Shown piece by piece: positions 1 through 11,240 of a DNA stretch of 64,000 nt. Location: the NCBI GenBank assembly GCA_043228905.1, contig JBHGNT010000003.1:5828001-5892000 (forward strand), written 5' to 3'. Each line of letters opens with the position of its first letter. Position 1 is the first letter of the stretch. The notes beneath the pieces were generated by a model, which saw only the letters and a list, made by a program, of their open reading frames with translations, did not search any database and was not told the origin of the DNA. Source of the DNA: Azolla caroliniana. Its lineage: Eukaryota > Plantae > Polypodiophyta. Made by a program: the position numbers and the translations under genes.

Positions 1-379
1 TGGGGTACTACTTTATTCCTAAACCCAAAACCACATATTTATAATTACGGTTTATGTAGTTTTACTCTACAATTTGAATATGGATACCAATTTTAGAACT
101 TTATATTGAACCAAGTCTTCAATTGTGCTCCATGATATGCAAATTGACACGAATGTGGAAACATATACAATTTAGTAATTGCTAGGTTTTTTTTGTTCTA
201 TATTTAACTATCAAGTCGCAAAAGGGGTATGCATGCATCATATATTTTCGATATCAGGCTAAAATAGGGTACTTTTCTACATCTAGCCAACTATGCCAAA
301 AGAGAATACGACATATTACCTGTTTCAAATGACCCGGTGTTTAAAAGTACAATGATAGAAATATAATTTCAACTAAATA

Positions 380-447
380 GCATGGCTTAATGGTAAGCCA
401 ATTGATTCCTTACTTGGAGGTGCAAGGTTCGAATCCTTACTTGCCCT
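380..447 (+). other. tRNA-derived (SINE-head-like) sequence with Pol III A and B boxes
   Basis: A-box TGGCTTAATGG (383-393), D-stem GGCTTA/TAAGCC, and B-box GGTTCGAATCC (426-436) in an AAGG/CCTT stem. The acceptor and anticodon arms are imperfect. Followed by a (TA)-rich tract. Confidence 0.55.
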
Positions 448-485
448 CCTTATATATGTATATATGTATATATATTTATTTATCT

Positions 486-921
486 AGTCGCCGGTTCGTC
501 GGTTGCCGTCGGATCACCGGCTCCATCGCCGGTCCGGTTTTGGTTGGCCAAAACCCTTTACGAGTAGCTAGCCCACCTCCACTCTTACTTCAAGTTACCT
601 TGAACTCTCTATGCTCCACACATAGACACAAAGATAATATCTTTTGCTCCACCTTATATATTATGAGAGCCATATTTGTCGTGCCTATGTGGGATATCTC
701 ACAATTTTCTCTTTTCCTTTCACAAACTTTATACCCTCATATCTTGACATTTAGTTGTCTGTTTCTCGTGTAATAAAGTGCATTCGAAACCTCCATCATT
801 TTGTACTTAGATATTAAATTTATTTAAAATGTTATCTTCACAATTATTGTATTATGTGATTTATACTCGATTTTGTACGTTTTATGAGATTTTTACACTA
901 TTGCCGAAAATCTTCACGACA
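486..921. mobile_element. Right end of an LTR-like insertion (left end not identified, possibly outside the window) that truncates the copia integrase
   Basis: Ends in CACGACA (915-921), where the copia integrase similarity stops (YLMNR(C)). Shares blocks with 2340-2708: CCGGTT-rich repeats, CTTATATA, CTATGTGGGATA, CAAACTTTA and terminal CACGACA. Confidence 0.65.
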
Positions 922-1283
922 CCGGTTCATTAGGTAGACGGCCGTATTTGCCGCTTCGGCCCAATAGGACTTGGGCATATGCTTCTCGTTCATCATGGCC
1001 CGCGCTACTTCTAGGATGTGCCGATTTTTGCGCTTGGCTACTCCGTTTTGTTGCGGAGTGTGTCGGCAAGTGAATTCTCGCCGAATTCCTTCCTTTCGGA
1101 GATACGTCGTGAAATCGTCTGAGAAGTACTCCTTGCCGCCATCTGATCGAAGGCATCGTACATGTCGGCCCGTGGCTTTCTCGACTTCATTCTTGAAATT
1201 TTGGAAGTGTCCGAACACTTCGCTCTTTTGCCGCATCAGGTAGATCCATGTGTGCCTAGAAAAGTCATCGATGAAGAGCACGT
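922..1283 (-). CDS. Copia integrase catalytic core (rve) fragment, continuing the 4381-2709 ORF
   Basis: FIDDFSRHTWIY...LRSDGGKEY...TPQQNGVA-R-NR...WAEAANTAVYLMNR. The frame is continuous with the upstream ORF once 1284-2708 plus one TSD copy is removed. Confidence 0.9.
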
Positions 1284-1515
1284 TGTCGCGAAAATACGAC
1301 GAGGATACGTGAACTTTGAGGCAAGACCCCGGGGCCTCCGACCAGAGGATAATCACATGTGTACGTTTATATTTTTAACAATTAACAAAAAGAAGAAATT
1401 TAATAATTTTCATTAACAAAGGAAAAAGAAATTACAATATGTCCCAAGATTGGGATTTAGAAGTTTTAGGTTTACTAAGATTAATAGAAAAGAAAAATTA
1501 GGGGTTTTGAGAGAT

Positions 1516-1725
1516 ATGGCTTCCGTAGGGAAGATTAGGATTAGGTTATATGAGTATTATGGCTTCCGTAGGGAAGATTAGGGTTTTTGAGTGTTATGGC
1601 TTCCGTAGGGAAGATTAGGGTTTTTGAGTGTTATGGCTTCCGTAGGGAAGATTAGGATTAGGTTCTATGAGTATTATGGCTTCTGTAGGGAAGATCAGGG
1701 TTTTTGAGTGTTATCGCTTCCCTAA
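1516..1725. repeat. Tandem repeat, core ATGGCTTCCGTAGGGAAGATTAGG, periods 43/37/37/43/37 bp
   Basis: Core starts at 1516, 1559, 1596, 1633, 1676 and 1713 (partial). Confidence 0.9.
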
Positions 1726-2029
1726 GATAAGAGAGTTGAGAAGGACAAGAAGAATTAAGATAATATGGAGAGTCCTCGTGTAGAAAAAAAAATGGAATAA
1801 AAATGGAGTTCTCTCTTGATCATAGCCTTTTCACTTTTTGTTGCATGGCCTCTACTTTTAGTTGCCTAGCTTTTTCTTTTGGTTGCATGTGACTGTCCAC
1901 ATGACCTTTACTTTTTCCATGCACTCCCTTCTTTAGTTGCTTGCGTCCACATGGCCTTTACTTTAGTTCTCTTCACTTTACTTTAGTTTGTTGCATGATC
2001 CAATCTTTCGTCCGTCCGCTTCCAACATC

Positions 2030-2395
2030 GTCCGGTAGCCGGTTCCATTTTGCTTGCCGGTCAGTTCCGATTCTTTGCTTGCTAGTTCCAGTTCCGGTTT
2101 GCTTGCCGGCCGGTTCCGGTTCCGGTTTTGCTTGCCAGCCAATTTTCGGTTTTGCTTGCCGACCGGTTCCGGTTTGCTTGCCGACCGGTTCCGGTTCCAA
2201 TTTTGCTTGCCGACCAGTTCTGGTTTGCTTGCCAGTTCCGGTTCCGGTTTACTTGCCGGTTTCGGTTCCGGTTTTGCTTGCCGGCCGGTTTCCGGTTTTG
2301 CTTGCCAGCCGGTTCCGGTTTGCTTGCCAGTTCCGGTTCGGGTTTTGCTTGCCAGCCCCATTTTCCGGTTTTGCTTGCCGTCCGGTTCCGGTTTT
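2030..2395. repeat. Degenerate minisatellite of (CCGGTT)n-TTGCTTG units
   Basis: Many GCTTGCC...GGTTCCGGTTT units. They produce the overlapping low-complexity ORFs in the track. Confidence 0.9.
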
Positions 2396-2708
2396 AAGGA
2401 ATTTGGCCACCATCATCTATCAAGACAAGGTGGCCAAAGTGCTCTTTGCACAAATGAAGAATGAGGGAGCTCAAGGTGCTTATATAGCCAGGGCCTTAAG
2501 TTTCCTATCTATGTGGGATAGTTTTAATTTTCCTATCTTCTCAAACTTTATTTTCACATAACTTGATACGTATTTCTCCATTTTGTATATAGTAAAATAC
2601 GTTTTGAAGCTCTTGAGTATATCCATCTTTCTATAGTAAGATACTAATCTAATCTATAATAATTATTTCATTATTTTTTTTACATAGTGTGTGAAGATTC
2701 ACACGACA

Positions 2709-4381
2709 ACGTAATAGCGGCATCCACCGAATGTCGCCATTTGAGCCGAACCCCATACATCGGAATGAATTACGTCGAGTACGCCTTTGCTCACATTCAG
2801 CTCCTTCGGAAATGGGTGTCGGTGTTGCTTGCCGAATTGGCACGCTTCGCATACACCTTCAATCTCCTTCTCTTTGAATGTCGAGAGTCCGATGACGACT
2901 CCTTTCGATTTCATTGCTTTGAGTTTGTTGAGATTGATGTGGCCGATTCGCTTATGCCATAGCTCTATGTCGGAGTCGGCTTTCGTGCTTTTCGCGAACA
3001 TGGCAGATTTCATCTCGTGCGAATCGAGAATGAAAATCCGGCCCTCTCTTCTTCCACGTGCGATGATTCGGCCTTCTTTTTCGATGAAGCACCCTTCTTG
3101 GTCGAATCGTACTTGCATCCCTTGCTCAACCATTTGGTCAACCGAGACCAAATTCTTTGTGATGGTGGGTCCATGCAAGACATTTTTAATGTATGTTTGC
3201 TTACCTCTTTCGCCGAACGGAACGTTGCCGATGTGTCGAATCGGGTGCGTAATGTCATCTCCGGTTTCGACATAACCGGGTCGCTCCGGCTCTCGAAGTT
3301 CGAGAAACCATTCTTTGTGGGATGTCATATGGTTTGAGGCTCCGGAGTCAACAAACCATACGTCTTCCGGACCGGAGGCACTAGTTGAGGTAGCGGCCAA
3401 CATAGAGTTTGCTCTATGTTTCATCATGAACATTCCGCCACGGTCGGAGTTGTGCGCATACATTCCGCCACGATCTTCGTAGTCGGAGTTGTGTGTGTAA
3501 TTCGTGAGTTGTCGGCTTGTGGAAGCCGATTCACGCATCTTCTTTCGGCACTCTTCTTCATGATGGCCGAGCTTTCCGCAATATCCACATTCGGTTGTGT
3601 TTTGACGGCTCGGGACTGAGTGGAAGCTCCCCCTTCTTGCGAAGGTTCCTCGTTGGCCTCCGTTTTGTGGCCGAAATTGGGAGTTGGTGTCGTAGCTCGG
3701 ACCTCGTCCGCCTTGTCCTTGGCCGAATCGGCCTCTCGCTCGTCCGCGTCCTCTTCCTCCATTAGAGTGCGTGTAGAGCATGTGACCTTCCGACTCATTG
3801 CTCCTTGTACGCACGTGGTTTTCTTCGACCAATAGCATTGATTGGAGCTCGAAGAAGGAGGGAGATTTCTCCCGTGCTAGAATGGCGGTTCGCATCGCGC
3901 CGAACCGTGGTGCGAGACCGCCGAGGCATATTTGCACCATCTCATCATCATCTATACTTACGCTTATTGAGTCGAGCGAGTCGCAAAGCTCCTTGATCTT
4001 CAAGGTGTATGTTGTGATGGACATGTTCCTTTGCTTAATGTTGTTCAACTCTTGGCGGAGTTGAAGCTTCCTCGCGATTGTGTTGGCGGCGAAAATCTTT
4101 CGTAGATTTTCCCACGTTTCCTTCGGCGTCTTGGCTTCTCGAATGTAGCCGAGCATGTGGTCGTGAACACATGTTGCCAAAAAATACATCACGCGGCTTG
4201 CGGCTTGCTCCCATGTCACGTATCCGGGAGCCGCTTCGGCGGGTCGGTCTTCATGCGCTCCTTTGATGTAGCTCCAATAGCCTTGTCCGACAAGGTATTG
4301 ATGCATCTTGTACTCCCAAGATGCGAAGTTCTTTCGATCCAACTTCTCGGTAGGGAGAGCGCTCCCCATTTGAGTATTCAT
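2709..4381 (-). CDS. Copia gag-pol polyprotein N-terminal part (gag, zinc knuckle, aspartic protease, GAG-pre-integrase)
   Basis: CGYCGKLGHHEEEC knuckle, WFVDSGASNHMT protease motif, LWHKRIGH...CEAC (HHCC) and IHSDVWG. No stops. Confidence 0.93.
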
Positions 4382-4528
4382 TATGTCGATTCTTCTTCTT
4401 CTTCTTCTCTCTTCGAATGCGAGCTATGTAGCGAAGCTACGATAGCTATGAGCCGGTTCTTGGTCATCGGCGTAGATCACAACGCACAATCACGATGAGG
4501 TGAATGGGCTAGATCGAGCTACCAAATC

Positions 4529-4540
4529 GCTCTGATACCA
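4529..4540 (-). promoter_or_regulatory. Primer binding site complementary to tRNA-iMet (TGGTATCAGAGC)
   Basis: Plus strand GCTCTGATACCA, directly abutting the LTR at 4541. Confidence 0.93.
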
Positions 4541-4927
4541 TGTAAAGAATCAAGAGATTGATTCTTTGAAGCGGAAGTGATATGAGTTATGTGTGTGTAT
4601 GAGAGAGAGAGAGAGAGAGAGTGAGAGTGAGAGAGACAAGGAATACGCAAGGTAAAAGTTTATTGACAAAGGAGAAAGACCCAACTTATACAAGGTGGGA
4701 GGAGGGTGCTTTATGTAGTCACCCACTCTCTTCATTAACTACAAGGCTCATGGAGAATGGGGAATGTGAAAGCTCATAAGTTATGTGTCATAGAATATGA
4801 TTCTATGACTCATACTAAATGCTAGAATACAAAGAGGTGACATAATGGTGACTCTTGACCATTGAGGTGTCTCTTCACTCTCAAGGTGAGTTCACACACT
4901 AGACCAAGTTGAGCTTGATTCTCAACA
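4541..4927 (-). repeat. 5' LTR of copia element (387 bp)
   Basis: TGTAAAGAAT...GATTCTCAACA. Homologous to the LTR at 41635-42030. Internal (GA)n. Confidence 0.9.
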
Positions 4928-5655
4928 CATACATACACCTTTACACTATTACATAGATATTCACACATACAAACAAATAAAGACATTCATAAATATACAC
5001 AAGCTCGGATACGTACACACATGTTCGCACATAGCCATTTAACTAACATCGGTACAAGGACATGAAAGTAAGGGGTTGGTATAGAGTCGATTGTACCTCC
5101 CTAGGTAACTAGCACACATACAACTGGAAATTAAGATGAACATCGTAATCGACAACTCCTCTATCAAAACCCATCAAGATTGGTTTAAGTTCCTGATGGT
5201 TCCGCTCACATTTCACTACACGCATTGTTGCATAAATGCACGTGCGTGTGCTACTCGACCAAGACCATGAGGGACCTGAACCAAGGAGGACGTTGTACAA
5301 TGTGAGAGGAATCCTCCAACTTCTCTTCCGACTTCCTTGTGTGTTAATCTCTTTCTTATAGTGTTATGTAGATTGAGTCAGGGTTTCGTTAGGCTTGTGG
5401 CTCAAAAAATCAAGGATTGGAGTGAGACGAATGTTGTAGGAGGTGAATGCTCAATGTTCCAAGGAGGGCAAACACTCAATGTTCCAAGGAGGCGAACATT
5501 GTCGCAAAGTTACACGCACGTGTGTGAAATGTGAGTAGGACTATCAATGATTTGAACCAGAGAGGATGGGTTTGTGCATGTGGTTTTGTTTGAGTGGGTT
5601 TTATAAAATTTATCCACATATAAAATTTATCCACACCTTCGATGAGCCCACAGGC

Positions 5656-6125
5656 TATCGGTATTAAGGGGTCGTGTTACGTGGAGGCCTCTTCTACACC
5701 GAGAAGACATTATGGGAACGAGGAGCGTACACGGGCTACCACCCGTTAGACGTAGACGTAGCTCGGTTTACGAGTACGGAGAGAATACATAGATGAAGGA
5801 ACAGTAAGAGCGAGATTTATATTAAATGAGAAAGCTCACAGTGATTACAGTACACGGCTCTCGGCCGGAAACAATTTTGTGCAAAGCTCCATGCTATGAT
5901 ATTAATCCTGCTAAATAATCTATGTCTCCCCCTCTCGAGGTATGCAGATCTCGGTTTATATAGTTTTCTTCCTTAGACAGAGCCGAGCCATCGGCTGATT
6001 GTGAGGGCTCAAAACTCAACTATTTTAGTTCTACCTATTTCCTCACCTACTTTTCTACCTACCGGCGAGTTTACATATTTTGTATTTATATTTCTGGCCT
6101 ATGGACAACAGTTACCCTACTTGTA
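5656..6125 (-). mobile_element. Possible LTR plus polypurine-tract-like junction of a degenerate gypsy-type element
   Basis: ...GGACAACA followed by GTTACCCTACTTG (purine-rich on the minus strand), and TTTATATAG inside. The left boundary and TSD are not confirmed. Confidence 0.3.
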
Positions 6126-8288
6126 AATATAAGGCTTAAAAATCTAAAGGTCAATGTTCGAAACTTATCTTCCACAATGTTAAATATCCAACACTCGAGC
6201 CCACGACAACAAGAGATACCGAGCTCAACAAACTATAGAAAAGGGGGGACAGAGTTAACCCAAATAAGAAGCATTGTAGCCAACAGGCAACCTAGTGTGA
6301 AAGGAACCCATGAACCTTGTAAACGACTATAAAAGCTCTAACTTCTCACCCAATGATCAAAATCATGTAACGAAATATCCGCCACAAACCTCACGATGAA
6401 CTCTTCCTAATGACCATGTGAGTTTCACAAAATGGTAATTTGAGGACTCGTCTTTTCACAAATCTTGCTACAAATCGTGTAACTTTCACGCTCTAAACTC
6501 GATTTTTTTTTGACATGATCCTTTTTCAATCATCCGTAGCACTAGTTAATAGATTAAAACTTTAATTTTAAATGGGTATAAAACGAAATACATAAAATGA
6601 TTAATCCAAATAATATACAACGAGATTATAGATATTGACAGGTACGAGCATTAGGAGGAGGGGATGAGTTTGGTGATAAAAGCACAAGAGGTTATTTTTT
6701 CCTCTATCGGCAATATCCACTCAACTCCTATTAATGCCAAATCTCAAGTTGTGTTGGAATTAGTCAGTCCAATAATTGTTTGGATTCAATGGAAACAACA
6801 GTGTAAATGGGTCTTCTCCAACTAAACCGCGCATCTACTAATGTTAATGCAAGAGATATGAAGTGAAGTTGTAACCACTGTAAAGAACCAATACGATGGC
6901 CTCAAGGGTGAGTCTGATGGAGTTGAAAGACAACGAGTGGCCTTCATCCAACAATGGTTGTCCACTTCCTTTCTTGTGTCAGTGGGCATCCACATAAGAT
7001 GGAACTATGATGTCCCCACAGGGATTTGTATATAATACTCTCATCGGTAAAATTTTATAACTAATGGAAGGAGATTTTTTTGGAAAAAAAAGATAGATTG
7101 ATAAAGAAGTTAAAGATGTAGATTTGTTGCAAAGCATCAAAGGGCTATGCTCGAGTTTTTGTTTAGAAGACTAGTGAAACAACTTTGTTGCCTCTTGTTG
7201 TCGGTGGTCTCTAACGCCCTCTTGTTTTTCTACTCTAAGCTCATTCACGATTTCCGCATCTCCTCCACCTTCATCCAAAATTCCGACCCCCCCAAAAATG
7301 AGCTATTGCCCTCCTTTTATCGGCCTTTGGAGTTCTTCATGCAAATAAAAATAGTAACTGTCTTTTATAGCATACAGCTCACATGCAATCCCTTTCCTTG
7401 AGCACTTGGTGTGAGCAAAATGTAGATTTCCACGTCCATTCATTTGCATTAATCTTGTTCATCCCATCAACATCCACTTGACCTCAGTTTAAACATGGCT
7501 CTTTCACTCCTAATATAAGCTCTTATCGATTGAGATACATCATTTCGTTGTCTTTGATTTCATCTTGTCTTATGACATTGTTTTCGTATTTCCGCCCTAT
7601 CCTCCAATCTTTTATATATCTTTAGTTCGATTCATTTCCTTATGTGCACTCCCAATACAACGCGCCAATGAGGTGAAGATTCAGCCCTCTTGTGGGTTCA
7701 ACCACCAACCACTACAACTTTCTTCTTGCCTTCCCCTCTCTCTCACTCTATCACAAATGCACTTCGCAGTGAATAATCACAAGATTAACTTTAATACACT
7801 TTGGTTAATACAATTTACTCTAGATTACGACCTATATTGAAATTGATTACACATGAAAGCCCTTTATACATTAAGGTTTACAAAATAATCAAAATGATAT
7901 GTACAATGGTGGTAACGAATACAACGAAATAGTCTTAGTTGGCCTAATGGTGCAGTTCCAAGGTTTGTTGTGTTGAAGTCTTGCCTGCGTTCAAAGACGA
8001 TGACCTTTGAGTTAAAGCAATGTTCACAGGCCACTTGAGCTTTGACAATTGTGAGATGTGCTTTCCACAAAAAGGGGAGCATGGAGGATAGATAACCGAC
8101 CACTCTCACACGTATCCTCTGCCTAACCTTGAGCTTCGAGAAATAAGAGGAAGAACCCTAAACTCGCGTAAAAGAGTGAGAAGAAAACCTAAAAGTCAAA
8201 GTAGCAAGTAAGAATAGTGAGAAGAAGAAGAAACCTTACAAAAGCTTAATGGGCCACTCCAAAACTCAAAATGAGAAACTCGAATTAA

Positions 8289-8457
8289 ACCCTATTCTAC
8301 TTTTTTTTATAGACAAAGAGGCGCCTACTGTTTAGCATTAAATGCTTATCTAGTAATCTACCCTATTCTACTTTTTTTTATAGACAAAGAGGCGCCTATT
8401 GTTTAGCATTAAATGCTTATCTAGTAATCTACCCTATTCTCCTCTTTTTATAGACAA
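8289..8457. repeat. 71-bp tandem repeat, about 2.4 copies
   Basis: ACCCTATTCT... starts at 8289, 8360 and 8431. Confidence 0.9.
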
Positions 8458-8829
8458 TATTTTAGCGAAACGGATATTCTACAAGACGTTTGAGAATATT
8501 TACCATAAACACAATGCTCAAAATCAGCATAGCAAAGACACGGCAAGTAACTCTAATTAGAAAACACTTTCACTCCAAATTGACGCATATGTCCCAACCA
8601 ACCATGCCATAAACAGACACCTGGCTTACTTGATTATGGCAATAACATGGTGACATTAGATATATGGAGAGGATACAATGTACACTTTTATAATCCCTAG
8701 CAATAACTTAAGATCCCTTACACATAGATCTTCTATTTTCCATCACTAAAGTGGTGTGAAACCCATCGTCCTCTAGTTACCCTATGCTAATCAAGCTCTT
8801 CTTGGGCCGAGGTAAATGCCTTATATGTC

Positions 8830-9600
8830 TAAGTGTGAAGATAGAACCATTTGAAATTACAATTACACAATGTCAATGTCCCCAATGTTACATGTAGAGT
8901 TGTCCCCGAGATGGACAACACCATGTTGACCAATGACCCACTGATGATGAGGGGTGAAACAAAAAGAAACTCATGAATCAAGATTCCAAGTGTGCATGTC
9001 ACCATCAATATTTGCAAGTAAAGCATGTGGATGAAAGCATGAAGAGACAAAGAGTACATCATTCCCATTGTCATTGTCATGAGTGACTACATTCACCCCA
9101 TCAATTTTAGCAATGCTCTTCTTATGTTGCCCCTCTTTCATCTCTTCTTCACTATCACTTGTCTTCTTTTCCTTTTCTCCCTCCTTACATTTGTAACAAT
9201 CATGTTTCAAGTGACCCTTCTAGCCACAATGATGGTGTTCTTCATCTTTACTAGATTTGCCTCTCTGGTGTGATCTATCCCCAGTATGCAAAGCAATGGA
9301 GGACTTACTAGATGCATTGTCTACCAATTCATTTCTTCCATGAGTATAGAACTCTCTATATGAGCATATAAAAGTGGCGTATTTGACTTGCTCAAGCAAT
9401 CTTGAAGATATTCCATATCTTTAACAAAGTGCAAAGTGGATATGCCTAAAACTCATCGTCGATAATACATTTCAAGGCATCAACTATTTGAAAATAGAAT
9501 TAGACTCACTCAAGTGAGTTAGCATGGGTGTGCCCTCTTTCATGCTCAAATCCATAAGCTTTTCCAAAACCCAAATTTGATTCTTGCCATGGCCCAAAAC
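8830..9600 (-). mobile_element. Degenerate copia gag/protease relic
   Basis: The minus strand reads HHCG*KGHLKHDCYK (zinc knuckle), then TWNLDS (WxxDS protease motif). Contains stops. Confidence 0.6.
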
Positions 9601-10628
9601 TCATTTCATAAATTGTATTTAGCCTCTTGGTATAAAAGAACTCTCTATGTCTCTCAAACCATTCACCTTGTGGTGACCTTGAGTGAGTTTAGAGAGAGAG
9701 AGAGAGAGAGAGAGAGGAATGAAGTAAATTGAAAAATAAAGAAGTGCACATACCATCTTCCTAGAAATTTGATTATGTAGTTTATGTGGATTGAGATCTA
9801 CAATCACATTTACTGAGATTTGTTATAGTCATGTTAATTAGATGTACATCTTAGGTGAATTCAAGGATAAAAATGCAAGCCATTATCGATGAATCATGAA
9901 TGTGTTCTTATTGACGAACAAAGTGGAGTGGTCTAGATCATTCCTTGAATGTGAAGCTTGTTTATTTGGCAATTTGTGGCACTCTTGTGTGTGAGTTTTT
10001 TATTCCCTAAGGAGTTGTCTTTATGGTGGTTGATGTTGTGACACCTCCTAATCATTAGGTTGTCAAGATGACCCTTACGATTGTCAGGGCCACAAGCTTT
10101 GTATTAATCGTGTGTTGTTTGCAATATAATAATTTTACGAGGACAAAAAATCCAAGGTATGATGATGAAAATTTTGGAGCATTTGAGGAACCATGAAAAC
10201 TTATGAGTGTTTCATTATATTCCCCTAGTTTTTATTTTATGATACACATTGTAGGTCCTTACAATTATATTGGCCTCATCTGAAGCTTAGTTACAATGGT
10301 AAAAATGTCAAATTTTGGCTTTTTATTTGGGTTCTCATTAATGCGTCATGCTTTTCATGTGATCATTCCAAAGGCGAAACTAAAATCTTTTGGCATTTTC
10401 ATCACAGACAAAAACTCTCTCTTTATTGACATGCCCCAATCACAAAATACACAAGGACATTGCACAATCTTTACATTCATGTACAATATGAGATATTTCA
10501 TAGGAACTACCTAAAAGTAAATATAAATAATGTATGCATAAGTTAATGATGATTTATATAATTAACGAGTCTTTAAGATCAATTTTAATGATTATCATTT
10601 AATCATTTGGGCTTTTATGGTTCTTGGT

Positions 10629-11240
10629 TGTTAGTCAGTCGGCTACCCAGAGTCCAAGAGTCGAATGGTCGGAGTCGGAGTCGACAATGTGAACAGTAGT
10701 CGGAACGTCGAAGGACAAAAACAGAATTTGGAATATGAAAAGGACACAATTTAAGATAATGAAAAAAGTATTTCGCCAAGTATAAAATATAGTAAGTTAG
10801 TTAGGACAATTTTGTTGTAGTTCTTGTCAAATAAGGCAAGTGTAATCTTGGAAGAGAGACTCTCGAATCACCTATAAAAAGGGACCGAGAGCACTACAAT
10901 ATCATCGCACTATTTTGATTAATATAAGTTTTGGTAGTTAGAGTTATATGTTGTGTCTAGTTTTTGTGTATTTCGATTATTATTCTATGTATTTTCCATA
11001 TCGACTAGTTTGGTGTATGTTCGAGTTCAATCTCTACTATACAGATTTGATTATATCTAATAGTAGATCAAGTTCATACTTTGATTACTGTAAGTTTACT
11101 TGTCTATTACAGTTTTGAGTGATTGAATATCATAGTCAGCAAGCACCATCTTTCCAACCACAATCATCTTGATAGAATAGTTCAATTATAGAACGTCGAC
11201 CCATTGTGTTAGTCAACAGAGAGTCGGTAGAGAGACAACA
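10629..11240 (+). mobile_element. Solo LTR (612 bp) with 5-bp TSD TTGGT
   Basis: TGTTAG...GACAACA. TTGGT at 10624-10628 and 11241-11245. TATA-like CTATAAAAAGG near 10873. Confidence 0.88.

Larger units (their letters stand above)
1284..2708. mobile_element. Solo-LTR-like insertion (1425 bp) with 4-bp TSD ACGT
   Basis: Termini TGTCGCG...CACGACA. ACGT at 1280-1283 and 2709-2712. Removal restores CRYYVLFIDDF in frame. TATA-like CTATATAAG on the minus strand near 2480-2488. Confidence 0.9.
922..4927 (-). mobile_element. Ty1/copia LTR retrotransposon, 5' half (5' LTR, PBS, gag-protease-integrase)
   Basis: LTR 4541-4927 with TG...CA ends, adjacent tRNA-iMet PBS, and copia domain order gag/PR/INT in the ORFs. 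Confidence 0.95.

Noticed and set aside
380-447. Functional tRNA gene
   Set aside because: The acceptor stem and anticodon arm do not pair canonically, so it is kept only as tRNA-derived.
1516-1725. CRISPR-like look (palindromic repeat with spacers)
   Set aside because: The linkers are only two recurring 13-19 bp sequences, there are no cas genes, and the array lies inside a plant LTR-like element.
1941-2561. Several overlapping 75-206 aa ORFs
   Set aside because: Products of the CCGGTT/TTGCTTG minisatellite, with no recognisable domain.
5602-5635. Two perfect DnaA-box sequences (TTATCCACA)
   Set aside because: They arise from a simple 17-bp tandem duplication in plant nuclear DNA, with no bacterial origin context.
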